Positions 20,110 through 32,590 of a stretch of 64,000 bases of DNA are shown piece after piece (positions within the stretch are counted from its first letter, which is position 1; the number at the start of each line of letters is the position of its first letter). Under the pieces are notes generated by a model. That model worked only from the letters and a program-made list of their open reading frames with translations, did not search any database and was not told the origin of the DNA. Source of the DNA: Escherichia phage EC121; the sequence record NC_054909.1; one strand, given 5' to 3'. A program made the translations under genes and the position numbers.

Positions 20110-21569
20110 AAACCAGTTACCTCATGAAAATCGCCAAATACATCCTCGAATGTATTAGCTTTAGTTTTATCTTCACGTAAACGAATCGCAATCGGAAGAA
20201 ATAATTTAACGTAATCAGTGCGGCCATCAGATTTTAACCAACCGTTGCATTCGCACTCTAGAATTTTTCCAATATAATAATTTTGGTTTTCCATAATGCG
20301 AGTACGGTCAAGTTCATGCGATTTTACACCAGCTTTATCTTTTAAGCCTGAACCAGCATTTACTTTAATTTTTCCACACTCTGACTCAAGAATAAATCCA
20401 CCCGCTTTAGTAGGGTCTTTACGGTGAGGATAAATTCCTACAATTTTTAAATCAACATCAATTACTTCTTTAAATTTATAAAGATTTTTTGAACGAGCAT
20501 TTTCCCATAATCCATCGATATTTTTGAGAATAATACCTTCAAGACCTTGGTCAATATACTTTTTGTAAATTACCTTAGCTTCATCTAGGTTATTTACTAC
20601 CTGGTTTTCAATTAAAATTACTTTATCATATCCCGATGTCATTTGTTCTAGTTTAGAAAAACGTACATCATATTTCAAACGAAATGCTGGAAGACCATAT
20701 ATTTCTACTAATGGAACATAATCCCAGACCTGAAACTTCATGCATTGAGCTTCTTTTTCTGAAATGGTTCCCTTTAAAGATTTATTAGCGATTCCATTAG
20801 AAGTAGTACGTGATTCAGCTACTTCGGCGAATTCTTTAGCTTTACTAATTTCAGGATAAGCATCAAAAAGAAAATCTAGGCCTTCTGGTTCCTTTTCAAC
20901 TTGCTCATGGTATACCAATTCGCCATCAATTAACACACCTTCTGGATGAATCTGGCGAGCTTCTGCAGTCATTTTGATTAACTCTTCCTTGAGAAGATCT
21001 AATCCTAGATATTCATTACCAGCTCGTGATAAAAGACGAACATCATCTAATTCATCACCTCTGACTTCAGCAAAGCACCGAGCTCCATCAGCTTTTAACT
21101 GGGCAAAAGCTGGAAATTTGATATTCTTATTAATGCCTTTTTCATCATAAGAACTTGCCAGCATTTGAGGTTGTTCAGGAATTAAACCTGGCCAAACTTT
21201 GTTTGCAATAGATACTGATGCACCACATTCAAGGTCTCGCATCATCACCCGACGCAAAACTTCAACATCATCTTTTTTACCGTCAGCAATATATCCAGTT
21301 AATTCCTCAATTGCCGCATTTCCGGTCAATTTCCGAGTAGCTAACGTGAATTCAATGAAGTCAAGCATATCGGTAAGAGTTAACATTCCAAAACTCTGGG
21401 TAGAAATACCCGGTTTAGGCCATTTCTTGATATAATACTGCAACCCACGAGAATAAGTCAGACGATATACTCGTTTAAGCAATTCATTATCTTTATTCTT
21501 TTCAAGAATTGCTTGCTTCTGCTTAGTTGAACCAATAGATGCTATTTCGTTCAGAATTTTAAGAATCAT
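20106..21569 (-). CDS. 30: ATP-dependent DNA ligase gp30
   Basis: 487 aa (T4 ligase length); N-terminus MILKILNEIASIGSTKQKQAILEKNKDNELLKRVYRLTYSRGLQYYIKKWPKP matches T4 DNA ligase. Confidence 0.92.
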   Translation of the reverse strand: MILKILNEIASIGSTKQKQAILEKNKDNELLKRVYRLTYSRGLQYYIKKWPKPGISTQSFGMLTLTDMLDFIEFTLATRKLTGNAAIEELTGYIADGKKDDVEVLRRVMMRDLECGASVSIANKVWPGLIPEQPQMLASSYDEKGINKNIKFPAFAQLKADGARCFAEVRGDELDDVRLLSRAGNEYLGLDLLKEELIKMTAEARQIHPEGVLIDGELVYHEQVEKEPEGLDFLFDAYPEISKAKEFAEVAESRTTSNGIANKSLKGTISEKEAQCMKFQVWDYVPLVEIYGLPAFRLKYDVRFSKLEQMTSGYDKVILIENQVVNNLDEAKVIYKKYIDQGLEGIILKNIDGLWENARSKNLYKFKEVIDVDLKIVGIYPHRKDPTKAGGFILESECGKIKVNAGSGLKDKAGVKSHELDRTRIMENQNYYIGKILECECNGWLKSDGRTDYVKLFLPIAIRLREDKTKANTFEDVFGDFHEVTGL

Positions 21570-21835
21570 TGTTCATCCTTTAGAGTTTGGTTTACAGCTC
21601 TATTATAAATCAATTCATCATTAAGCTCAGTCAAAGACTTGTGGTACGTGGTTCTAACTTTATTTCCTTGCATCCAGTGCTTGACGTAAATGAAACCTTG
21701 CTCTACACATTTTTTAAAAATTCGTTCGTCTTTTTGAGCTCGGAATTCTGGATTGCATCTAAAAAATTGATTTACGTGACCGTAATCACGTGTAGTATTA
21801 CCTTCATTTTCATAAATAGTGTGAACAACAAACAT
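21566..21835 (-). CDS. Hypothetical protein (30.1 position)
   Basis: 89-aa ORF, start/stop coupled. Confidence 0.55.
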   Translation of the reverse strand: MFVVHTIYENEGNTTRDYGHVNQFFRCNPEFRAQKDERIFKKCVEQGFIYVKHWMQGNKVRTTYHKSLTELNDELIYNRAVNQTLKDEQ

Positions 21836-22674
21836 TAGAATGCTCCTTGGAAAATATTATCACCACTAGTAGGTCTATTATACAAATACTCTATGCCACC
21901 AGGTTTAATATAGTTCCATGTCTGAAACGGACGTGTCTGATATGGATGATATAGATGATTATAAGGATTAAATCCAGGAGTTCTCCAGGTAGTGTTCCAA
22001 GGAAAAGAATCGTTTTTAACCATCTTCTCGATTACATCTTTTATAGCTTTTTCACAATCAAAACTTTCTTTATTTTCCTTCGGTGAAAAAAGCTTATTCT
22101 CTACATCATTCCATGTATAAACTCGCTGCGCAGTTTTTGGAATACTGTCACGCTCCCCTCGAGCCATCCAATAAACAGGAACATTTAATATTTCACTCGC
22201 GTGATCGCAGTGGTGAGCGAGATCGTCAATATAACAAATTACGTTATATTTCTCTTTTGCCTTTTTGAACAACTCTTCTTTTGAAGAATCATGACCACAC
22301 ATCAATACTTCTGAGAAGGCACCAGGAAAAAGAGCATTCAAATTAAATTGACGATTTAGCAGAGCGTCAATAGAATCACCCAATGCTGTAACAGCTACAA
22401 AATTATAATCTTCTTTTAATTTGTTAATTACACACAGGGCATCTTTATACGGAGACAAGTAACGAATAAAATCTGAACGATTATACTTTTCGATTAATTT
22501 AACACCAAGTTCTTCATCGCAATTAAAGAGCTTACCAGGAGAAATAAATTTTTCGTCCTGAATCATTTTTAAAATATGTTCCAACGGAAGATTATATTTT
22601 TGGGCAAAATAAGGAAGGCCCGATTGCCAGCTTAAACACACCCCGTCAATATCAGTCAAAATAGTAGGCTTCAT
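21835..22674 (-). CDS. HAD-superfamily phosphatase-like protein (30.2 position)
   Basis: 279 aa; N-terminal DIDGV motif (HAD motif I). Confidence 0.55.
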   Translation of the reverse strand: MKPTILTDIDGVCLSWQSGLPYFAQKYNLPLEHILKMIQDEKFISPGKLFNCDEELGVKLIEKYNRSDFIRYLSPYKDALCVINKLKEDYNFVAVTALGDSIDALLNRQFNLNALFPGAFSEVLMCGHDSSKEELFKKAKEKYNVICYIDDLAHHCDHASEILNVPVYWMARGERDSIPKTAQRVYTWNDVENKLFSPKENKESFDCEKAIKDVIEKMVKNDSFPWNTTWRTPGFNPYNHLYHPYQTRPFQTWNYIKPGGIEYLYNRPTSGDNIFQGAF

Positions 22675-23135
22675 AGAGAGTCTCTTAATAGGTTTAACAC
22701 ATCAATAAATTCAGCTTCGGTTAGTATTGTATCATCTTTTGTTAGACCACTAGCCATGCTATGCTTCAAAACTTTTCCTTTCGAGGCTAGTAATGCATCA
22801 CGAAAGCCCTTGTTTTGAATCGCTGCTTCAAAATATGCATTTGTGTACAACTCTTTCCACGCTGGTGAGTATCTTGAAAACGGAACTCCAAGCCAGAAGA
22901 GGGTCCCACGGTCCTGAGCTCTAGCATAAGACCTTCCAGCTTGTTGGGCGGCAAGCCCGGATAACCCAAATACACGACGTTGCTGTTCAACATTTTTCAC
23001 CTTACATCCTTGGAGGAATCCTTCGAGACCTCCAAATTGAATGCCATCCATAACGAAAGGCCAATAGGCGAAATTACTTAATGCACATGATGGCCACCTA
23101 AAATTACTTCTAATCTCTAACTCAGACATTTTCAA
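22671..23135 (-). CDS. NADAR/YbiA-like (DUF1768-type) domain protein (30.3 position)
   Basis: 154 aa; resembles the NADAR fold family by sequence features (WP…FGGLEGFLQ…W); family call from memory, not searched. Confidence 0.55.
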   Translation of the reverse strand: MKMSELEIRSNFRWPSCALSNFAYWPFVMDGIQFGGLEGFLQGCKVKNVEQQRRVFGLSGLAAQQAGRSYARAQDRGTLFWLGVPFSRYSPAWKELYTNAYFEAAIQNKGFRDALLASKGKVLKHSMASGLTKDDTILTEAEFIDVLNLLRDSL

Positions 23136-23328
23136 TGCTTATAATTTCAACATCAGCCCAATGACCATAGTTTGGTAGACGAAATTCAACTGGCCAGTCA
23201 CTGCCTTTTTCTAATATAATAGACTTAACTTGCGGTTCTTCATGTTCATCAGTATATGGATTTTTATCTGTTACTTTATATGTGACCTTAATGTACTGAA
23301 TTCCAAAAATCTTATTAATTATATTCAT
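23122..23328 (-). CDS. Hypothetical protein
   Basis: 68-aa ORF in coupled array. Confidence 0.45.
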   Translation of the reverse strand: MNIINKIFGIQYIKVTYKVTDKNPYTDEHEEPQVKSIILEKGSDWPVEFRLPNYGHWADVEIISIENV

Positions 23329-23522
23329 ACTAATTCCTTTAATCCGTAAATAGGAGATAATTCATCACCCATACGAAGGTCTTCATTTCCATCTACCCAG
23401 GAAACAATATAAGCCTCTTTTATTTGAACACCACTCCATTTAAATGGAGGTAGAACCTTAGAAATTAATCCAGGTATACCAACTCCCTTTAATTCAACAG
23501 TTTGACCTAAAAAGAATTTCAT
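23325..23522 (-). CDS. Hypothetical protein
   Basis: 65-aa ORF in coupled array. Confidence 0.45.
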   Translation of the reverse strand: MKFFLGQTVELKGVGIPGLISKVLPPFKWSGVQIKEAYIVSWVDGNEDLRMGDELSPIYGLKELV

Positions 23523-23809
23523 CAGAACCTCATCTGAAAGCCGTGTGATTTAACATTACCGCCGCCAATATCAGAAATATTAATTTCACGCGCAATTGAA
23601 GGGTCAATGTCAATTTCACGATTAAGTTTAGCGATAGCTAAAGTATCACGCCCATTTACTGTACGGAATTCTAAAGGACAAACCACATCAACATAATTTT
23701 TAATCGATTCACTGGTAGGTTGCAAATGAGCAGGAAGGTCTTTAGGCGCCTTAGAGAAAACAACTTCACAGAAATTTTTGCGGGTATCAAAATAAGTAGT
23801 CATAAACAT
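23522..23809 (-). CDS. Hypothetical protein
   Basis: ORF track gives 23522-23860; the Met at 23809 with a GAGGAAAA Shine-Dalgarno is the more likely start (96 aa). Confidence 0.45.
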   Translation of the reverse strand: MFMTTYFDTRKNFCEVVFSKAPKDLPAHLQPTSESIKNYVDVVCPLEFRTVNGRDTLAIAKLNREIDIDPSIAREINISDIGGGNVKSHGFQMRF

Positions 23810-23849
23810 AGTATTTTCCTCAGTAAGGGGCCGAAGCCCCTGTTTTATT

Positions 23850-24215
23850 TTAAATATCAAATTCGTTAAGAACTACATCAAAGATTGCTTCAAGATGCTC
23901 AGGTTTAGCTCTGTTACTCAAAATATGACGAATCCAAGTTTTAACCAGAAGCTTACGATTAGCGCCATTCCAGCAAGGATGGGTCCCTAAATCGCGTTGA
24001 CGAAAATCATCATCCAGAGCGATTTTGAAGTTTGAACCTTCCATTGTGATTGAAACCGTGATGCCATTTTCAAATCGCATATAAACGTAGTTAGGAGTCA
24101 TATACTGTTCAATTTCGCATACTGATCCATTTTGATGTTTCCAAAGGCAAATAGTATCAATAGAACCTGCAATACCATTAGAAACATATTTACGTTCAAA
24201 GTTGATGTAGTTCAT
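23850..24215 (-). CDS. Hypothetical protein
   Basis: 121-aa ORF. Confidence 0.5.
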   Translation of the reverse strand: MNYINFERKYVSNGIAGSIDTICLWKHQNGSVCEIEQYMTPNYVYMRFENGITVSITMEGSNFKIALDDDFRQRDLGTHPCWNGANRKLLVKTWIRHILSNRAKPEHLEAIFDVVLNEFDI

Positions 24216-24283
24216 TTTTATTCTCCGAGATGTTTAATTGCGGTACAGGTATATAATATCATATCCTGTACCAAAGTAAACAA

Positions 24284-24616
24284 TTATTTTACTACTTTCC
24301 AGTGCTTCATGTCAAGTTTACCAACTTTTTTCATCTTCTCAATCAAACGTTCGGCACGTTGGCGAGCTGTAACATAATACCATTCGCCTAATTCATTTTG
24401 TTCAATTTTTCCAACGATTACTGTATTCAATTCATAAATCCAACCAGTAAAGAAATTATGAACTTGAATTGTAAAGGTGAAATCTGTTCCCATACCTTCT
24501 GTTGTTTCTACTTCAATAATATCACCTTCAATTGCCATTAAGAACCACATAGTTTCATCATATTTACCATTGAAGCATTTAGTCTTAACTGCAGCGTTCA
24601 GATTAATCGTTTTCAT
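24284..24616 (-). CDS. Hypothetical protein
   Basis: 110-aa ORF preceded by AAGGAG and an early-promoter-like element. Confidence 0.5.
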   Translation of the reverse strand: MKTINLNAAVKTKCFNGKYDETMWFLMAIEGDIIEVETTEGMGTDFTFTIQVHNFFTGWIYELNTVIVGKIEQNELGEWYYVTARQRAERLIEKMKKVGKLDMKHWKVVK

Positions 24617-24703
24617 TTTATTCTCCTTTGTTTGTGTAAGATAATACTATCACAAAGGAACCATACTGTAAACAACTTTATGCAATCTTTGGAAAATAAA
24701 AAA

Positions 24704-24721
24704 GGACTCCCGAAGGAGTCC
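24704..24721 (-). terminator. Rho-independent terminator
   Basis: GGACTCC-TTCG-GGAGTCC hairpin followed by TTTTTTATTTT on the minus strand. Confidence 0.6.
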
Positions 24722-24726
24722 TTAAC

Positions 24727-24945
24727 TTATGCTTTCTGCTTACCAAAACGAGAAGCATCATCTCGAAGAACCGCACGTGCTCGGCGCATGATCTTCTCAA
24801 CAGTTTGATTGATACGAGAGTTCGACCCACGCTTGTAGCCAGCGCGTTTAGAATCACCAACTTTCTTTTCAACTGCTTTCTTTGCTTTAGCTTGTTTTGC
24901 CATTATAAATTCTCTTTTAAATGAAAATGCAGGACTTATTGGCAT
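24727..24945 (-). CDS. Small lysine/arginine-rich protein (30.9 position)
   Basis: 58-72 aa depending on start (MAKQAKAKKAVEKKVGDSKRAGYKRGS…); very basic. Confidence 0.45.
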   Translation of the reverse strand: MPISPAFSFKREFIMAKQAKAKKAVEKKVGDSKRAGYKRGSNSRINQTVEKIMRRARAVLRDDASRFGKQKA

Positions 24946-25146
24946 TGCCTGCGCAAGCCCTCAAGGGGAACATAGGTTTTGGATATTTAACGACAGGATA
25001 ACCATAAACCCGTCATCATTCACATTCAAGAGGTACACCATAAAACTGCCGGGGTCTTAAAACTATAATGATTCGCAAATCATTAATCAGACAGTTCGAT
25101 GGCTCCTCGATTTTAGCTCACACTAAGGCAGTGAATCTCCAATAAA

Positions 25147-25395
25147 TTACTTCAGTGTTACCACAAAGTGACGAACTGCTTTTCGTGCAGCAGAAGCCAG
25201 AGGCTTAGCATACTTAAGTTCATCTTTTTCCTGAAGCTCAGCAGCTAATGCAGTTTGAGCAGGATTCAGATGTTTGAAATAACGCAGGATTTCAAGAGCT
25301 TCGGCTTCAACATCAATAGATGCGCCATAGTTTTCGTGACCATTATTCCATGCGTTTCGTTGCAGTTCAAGAGCGTGTTGTAATTGTTTAATCAT
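25147..25395 (-). CDS. rIII: rIII lysis-inhibition accessory protein
   Basis: 82 aa (T4 rIII length), directly downstream of gene 31 as in T4. Confidence 0.6.
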   Translation of the reverse strand: MIKQLQHALELQRNAWNNGHENYGASIDVEAEALEILRYFKHLNPAQTALAAELQEKDELKYAKPLASAARKAVRHFVVTLK

Positions 25396-25542
25396 TTAAA
25401 AATTCTCGTTAGAGATTAAAACTCGGTAGTCACGTTCTTCTGAATTTCATCTTCTTTCGACAGATCTCTCAGTTGTAGACTACCACATAGAATTGTTCGG
25501 TTAACTTATTATTCCGACACCCAATTCATATTATTATTTATA

Positions 25543-25878
25543 TCACTTATAAAGACACGGAATAGCTTTATAGTGACAAGTAACGAATTTTTGTTTAATT
25601 TCTTTTGGCTGCTTAAGACCCAGAGCTACAAAAGGATGCGGAACATTTCGAATTTGACCAACTGGAAGAGAAGTCAAATCACCAACTTCGCAGAAACCTT
25701 CAGGAACATCAGGACCAACAGAGTGAATTACACACAGTTCAGGAACTTCACCTTGAACACGTTTACCGATAATAAGTCCTGATTCTGTAACTTCTTCATC
25801 ACCGGCTTGTGCAGGTTCAGAAACTAAAATAACATATTCACCGACAGCACGAATTGGTAACTGTTGTACTTCAGACAT
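25543..25878 (-). CDS. 31: gp31 co-chaperonin (GroES analogue)
   Basis: 111 aa; [30 protein letters not shown]… matches T4 gp31. Confidence 0.92.
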   Translation of the reverse strand: MSEVQQLPIRAVGEYVILVSEPAQAGDEEVTESGLIIGKRVQGEVPELCVIHSVGPDVPEGFCEVGDLTSLPVGQIRNVPHPFVALGLKQPKEIKQKFVTCHYKAIPCLYK

Positions 25879-25934
25879 CGTTTTTCCTTTTTGTTAATAG
25901 ATGAATTAATAATAACAAATAATTCTTAAAGCAT

Positions 25935-26243
25935 TTATTTACCAATAAATTGGAGTAAATGCTCAACTTTCATACCATTAACAGAAATCAATTTGTCAAT
26001 AGAAAAACCTCGCCATGCACCAAGTTCAACATCAAATACTGGAATCATGTCAGTAGATTCTTTCCGAGTCGATTCAGTCAATTTACCAGTTTGCATGGTT
26101 GGCATAAAGTCTGCGTCACGAGTACCTTTCATAGTACGAATAGTACCATCAGACTTTTCAAAAACTACGTTTGAAACACCCATGGACAGTTTAGTTTTCA
26201 AAATTTCACGAATTGCTACTTTTTGTTCAGTCGTCAGTTTCAT
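25935..26243 (-). CDS. Hypothetical protein (31.1 position)
   Basis: 102-aa ORF. Confidence 0.5.
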   Translation of the reverse strand: MKLTTEQKVAIREILKTKLSMGVSNVVFEKSDGTIRTMKGTRDADFMPTMQTGKLTESTRKESTDMIPVFDVELGAWRGFSIDKLISVNGMKVEHLLQFIGK

Positions 26244-26480
26244 TTATTTACCTATTACAGTTTTAATATGAGTTCTTCCACGTTCTTTAAGAGTGGAAAG
26301 TAATTTTTGGCATTTTTCTAAATCAGATTTCCAACTATATGGTCTATCTATACTAGTCCAATCAGTTTTATAATACTGTTTCCATTTAGAGAAAAAATAT
26401 TTCTTATACTCTACAGCAAACGAGATGTTCTCGTTAGAATAAGAACTAATTGCTGTAAGCTTTACCAAACGAAATTTCAT
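26244..26480 (-). CDS. Hypothetical protein (31.2 position)
   Basis: 78-aa ORF. Confidence 0.5.
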   Translation of the reverse strand: MKFRLVKLTAISSYSNENISFAVEYKKYFFSKWKQYYKTDWTSIDRPYSWKSDLEKCQKLLSTLKERGRTHIKTVIGK

Positions 26481-27061
26481 TATTCACCACAGAATTCGTT
26501 GATATTTTCCCAGTTTAACTTATTCAAGTTTTTCTTAGGAACATTAAACACTTCAATACCTGCATTTCGCAGAATATCATCCCAGCCAGGTTTATTTTTA
26601 TCGTATGTTTCGCAATAAACCAGTTTTTTAATACCAGATTGAGCTATCGCTTTTGCACAATCTGGACAAGGAGAAAGTGTTACATACATAGTAGCACCTT
26701 CAATAGAAGAACCATTTCGTGCAGCAAACAAAATTGCATTTAGTTCAGCATGAATTTCATTTTTAGACGACCATTCAGAGTGAGCGCTCCGGTGTTCTTT
26801 TGCCAAGACAAAACGATCAGTTGAACCAAATGATACACATTCGGGCTTATGACCTTGGATGATAGTATGTTTAGGCTTATTCAGCAACCAACCTTGCTCA
26901 GCAGCATAATCACAACAGTTCACACCACCAGCAGGTGAACCATTATATCCGGTAGAAATAATACGTCCATTCTTTTCAATTACTGCTCCTACCTTCCAGG
27001 AGCAACATTTTGATTCCTGCGATACTAAATATGCAATTTGAAGTACTGTACTCGCTTTCAT
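26480..27061 (-). CDS. cd: dCMP deaminase
   Basis: 193 aa (T4 Cd length); zinc-binding deaminase motifs HAELNAI and PCPDCAKAI. Confidence 0.9.
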   Translation of the reverse strand: MKASTVLQIAYLVSQESKCCSWKVGAVIEKNGRIISTGYNGSPAGGVNCCDYAAEQGWLLNKPKHTIIQGHKPECVSFGSTDRFVLAKEHRSAHSEWSSKNEIHAELNAILFAARNGSSIEGATMYVTLSPCPDCAKAIAQSGIKKLVYCETYDKNKPGWDDILRNAGIEVFNVPKKNLNKLNWENINEFCGE

Positions 27062-27396
27062 TTCATAATCACCAGATAAGCAGATTTAGCAGTTTCAACA
27101 CGATAAATTTCGTGACGAAGTTTAGTTATACTTTTAATAACAGAACTAATTATATTCTGCCCATCTTTAAAGCGGTTTTTCTTATCAATAAAAATTGCGC
27201 CAACCATCTTTTTGTGAAGCTCAACTGGATACTTCGTCACAATAATAGCATCATATACGGAAGGATGAATACTATTTACTAGAGTGTCATTCATTAAAGT
27301 TATTCTAATGAACTGTGCTGTTTCAGAGTCAAGCGCTCTATGATCGCCAGTATCATTTTCAAGACAATTATCAATTATATCAGTTAAATTCATCAT
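27058..27396 (-). CDS. Hypothetical protein (cd.1 position)
   Basis: 112-aa ORF, ATGA-coupled. Confidence 0.5.
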   Translation of the reverse strand: MMNLTDIIDNCLENDTGDHRALDSETAQFIRITLMNDTLVNSIHPSVYDAIIVTKYPVELHKKMVGAIFIDKKNRFKDGQNIISSVIKSITKLRHEIYRVETAKSAYLVIMK

Positions 27397-27728
27397 AGTA
27401 CGCCATACACCCTTTGTGCTTCAACTAATCCATCAAAATCTAATTTAAGATGCGATATTTGATCGCCATCACCTGGATTCACAATTACTAATACTGAACG
27501 AGGAGTTTCAGTAATAACACGAACCGATGTTTCAGGAAATCGTTCAGAAACCTTATTTACCAATTCCTGTGCAAATAGCTTAACTTTTTCTTGGAATTCT
27601 TTAACAGTAATCGGTTTTTCACTTAGCAGCATTTTGTTTTCCTCATTTGTTTGGTAGAGCCATAATATCACAACTCTACCATAAAGTAAACTATTAAATC
27701 GCTTTGAATTCCGCAGTTTGAGATTCAA
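27393..27728 (-). CDS. Hypothetical protein (cd.2 position)
   Basis: 111-aa ORF; start may be internal. Confidence 0.45.
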   Translation of the reverse strand: MNLKLRNSKRFNSLLYGRVVILWLYQTNEENKMLLSEKPITVKEFQEKVKLFAQELVNKVSERFPETSVRVITETPRSVLVIVNPGDGDQISHLKLDFDGLVEAQRVYGVL

Positions 27729-27969
27729 AGCGAATGTCGCCTTTGATAACTAACTCAGCATCAAGACCGAATACGACAATGATATGCGCGGAACCTGGAT
27801 ACAGCGTAATGGCAACAGAATCCACCTGGTCTGGAAGCAAAGTGTTCAATACATGAGTCACTTGAGCATGAATTCGAAGCTCGGCTGCGTTATCAAGCTT
27901 TTCAAACATATTATTAGCGATAATTTGACTAAACACTACTTCTACAATTTTAGAATAAGTCGGAAACAT
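27694..27969 (-). CDS. Hypothetical protein (cd.3 position)
   Basis: 91-aa ORF. Confidence 0.45.
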   Translation of the reverse strand: MFPTYSKIVEVVFSQIIANNMFEKLDNAAELRIHAQVTHVLNTLLPDQVDSVAITLYPGSAHIIVVFGLDAELVIKGDIRFESQTAEFKAI

Positions 27970-27971
27970 AT

Positions 27972-28172
27972 TTACCTCACATAATTTTCTTCAAGCCAAT
28001 CAATAACATCCAACGCATTATCAAAAGTTGAACCATCTACTTTGTCTTCTGTTTCATAATCAAGAACATCTAAACCTACTCTTCCATCAACAATAGGCCA
28101 TAAACAAAATAGATATTTCTTTTCTTTTTCAATTTTATCACAAAGACGATAAATCTTTTCTAGGTTATTCAT
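27972..28172 (-). CDS. Hypothetical protein (cd.4 position)
   Basis: 66-aa ORF. Confidence 0.45.
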   Translation of the reverse strand: MNNLEKIYRLCDKIEKEKKYLFCLWPIVDGRVGLDVLDYETEDKVDGSTFDNALDVIDWLEENYVR

Positions 28173-28358
28173 AAGTTTTCCATGGTAAAGGCAGTTTAGT
28201 TTTCTTTACTGTTAGTTCAACATCAGGATTCTTTTCTCTTAATTTAAGGCATTCCTCCCAAGCTCTGATTTCACTAGTGAATACACAAAATTGCCCATTA
28301 CTAGTACCGACTAAACCACTATTTACAATAATAGCCCAAGTTTCATGATGCCACGCCA

Positions 28359-28359
<1 letters not shown>
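28165..28359 (-). CDS. Hypothetical protein (cd.5 position)
   Basis: 64-aa ORF. Confidence 0.45.
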
Positions 28360-29559
<1,200 letters not shown>

Positions 29560-29563
<4 letters not shown>

Positions 29564-29790
29564 TTATTTTTCTCAACCAATGATTGAATATAATCATGCA
29601 GGTCTTTAGATGCTTTACCCCACTTATTTTGATATTCATTTTTGAGATTAGCGCGTGATTGAGCTAATAAAACATCATTAGTTGGAGGTAAAGATTCTAA
29701 TCGTTGAATCTGTCGTCCATAAATCATTGCAGCCATCTCGGATTCATAAATTAATCCTTTTAGATGTTCAAATTGATACCATGAAATCAT
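29560..29790 (-). CDS. Hypothetical protein
   Basis: 76-aa ORF. Confidence 0.5.
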
Positions 29791-30086
29791 TTACATTTAT
29801 CCTCTTTTAGCTCTTGACGATAATAACATATCATAGTTTTCTGGTCATGTACATATCGTTTTACATCATTAAGCCAAATACGAAATTCCTGAGAATCTTC
29901 AAATGGCATACCTACCCAAGCTTTACCATCAATAACTTTAACTTGCCAAGATAGTTTAGCTTCGTCATATGACTTTATTTGCACAGGCCAATTAGGATGA
30001 ACTGTTTCTTTCTTTACTTCTAGAGGCTTTGTCGAACAACCAACTAGAAGACCAATAGATAATATTACTGCAGATAATTTAATCAT
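29787..30086 (-). CDS. Outer-membrane spanin (lipoprotein, Rz1-equivalent)
   Basis: 99 aa; signal peptide with lipobox LLVGC|S; sits next to an Rz-like gene, as for the T4 pseT.2/pseT.3 spanin pair. Confidence 0.6.
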   Translation of the reverse strand: MIKLSAVILSIGLLVGCSTKPLEVKKETVHPNWPVQIKSYDEAKLSWQVKVIDGKAWVGMPFEDSQEFRIWLNDVKRYVHDQKTMICYYRQELKEDKCK

Positions 30087-30436
30087 TTAGAAAGGTCCTG
30101 GATGTCTTCTGCGAACTTGTTGAAGGAGTTGTTGATTTGTTTTTCAACCAATCCTGGCTTACGAGCCACCACATCCGCCTTCTTTGCATCTTTGCGCAGT
30201 TTTTCATTTTCACGCTCAATAGCAGCAATCGCCTCACGATTTTTATTATTCATCGCATCAATATAATTATACTGAATTCGCAAATTATTTAATGCTAAGG
30301 CGTTTTCATTGGCCGTTTTTGTAATTTCTACAACAGACGTTTCTAATCTTTCTACCTTATTTTTTAAAATAATAGATGTTCCGCCAAATGCTATTACAAG
30401 TAATAGCAATCCAGCTGTAAAATTACTTACATGCAT
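30083..30436 (-). CDS. Inner-membrane spanin (Rz-equivalent)
   Basis: 117 aa; N-terminal transmembrane helix (LLLLVIAFGGTSIIL) then coiled-coil-like region. Confidence 0.55.
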   Translation of the reverse strand: MHVSNFTAGLLLLVIAFGGTSIILKNKVERLETSVVEITKTANENALALNNLRIQYNYIDAMNNKNREAIAAIERENEKLRKDAKKADVVARKPGLVEKQINNSFNKFAEDIQDLSK

Positions 30437-30933
30437 AAAGTTTTAATAACCTCTATAATATCGTCTTGAGAAAGACCGTTAATTAAAATATGATGTTCAG
30501 CCGGAGATTTAGAAATTTTAAAGCACGCCGCAACATCTTCTGCCATATCCGATGCGCTACGATTTGGATTACTAATTCCAAGACGATGCTTTCCTGTCAA
30601 AGGATTAACGATGATATAGCATTTGCAGCTATTGATATGAACATTAGGTTGAGTCTGATTAATAAACACTTCACAATCATACTTAGCGAGTTGATTTTCT
30701 AAAAAGACTTTCATCTCCTCAACCGCATCAGGAAGCATATCACGGGCTTGCTCAAGACGACGATTTCGATATTCTTTAATGGTCGTTTTCCGCTTGACTT
30801 GCTTAGCTAAATCTTTCTTAAGATCGGTGATATATCCAACTCGACGATTTCCTTTGAATACAGAAATCCCATCTGTAGTATCACCGTATGCTTCAACGAC
30901 CATTTCAGTAGTAATAATCTGCAAATCCATCAT
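30427..30933 (-). CDS. alc: Alc, inhibitor of host transcription on cytosine-containing DNA
   Basis: 168 aa (T4 Alc about 167 aa); position between the pseT cluster and rnlA. Confidence 0.65.
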   Translation of the reverse strand: MMDLQIITTEMVVEAYGDTTDGISVFKGNRRVGYITDLKKDLAKQVKRKTTIKEYRNRRLEQARDMLPDAVEEMKVFLENQLAKYDCEVFINQTQPNVHINSCKCYIIVNPLTGKHRLGISNPNRSASDMAEDVAACFKISKSPAEHHILINGLSQDDIIEVIKTLCM

Positions 30934-30937
30934 AAAG

Positions 30938-30991
30938 TCCTCATGTTATGTCAGTAAGATTACTATAACACAACACGAGGGACTTGTAAAC
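30938..30991 (-). promoter_or_regulatory. T4-type early promoter plus leader, cassette copy 2 (drives alc)
   Basis: GTTTAC, 18-nt spacer, TATAGT, leader with GAGGA; 53 of 54 bp identical to 15661-15714. Confidence 0.55.
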
Positions 30992-30994
30992 AGC

Positions 30995-32582
<1,588 letters not shown>

Positions 32583-32590
32583 AATAAAAT

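Noticed and set aside
24946-25146. Possible tRNA or small protein gene in the 200-bp gap
   Set aside because: No cloverleaf-compatible arrangement or credible start/Shine-Dalgarno seen by eye; kept only as an unexplained non-coding region in findings.
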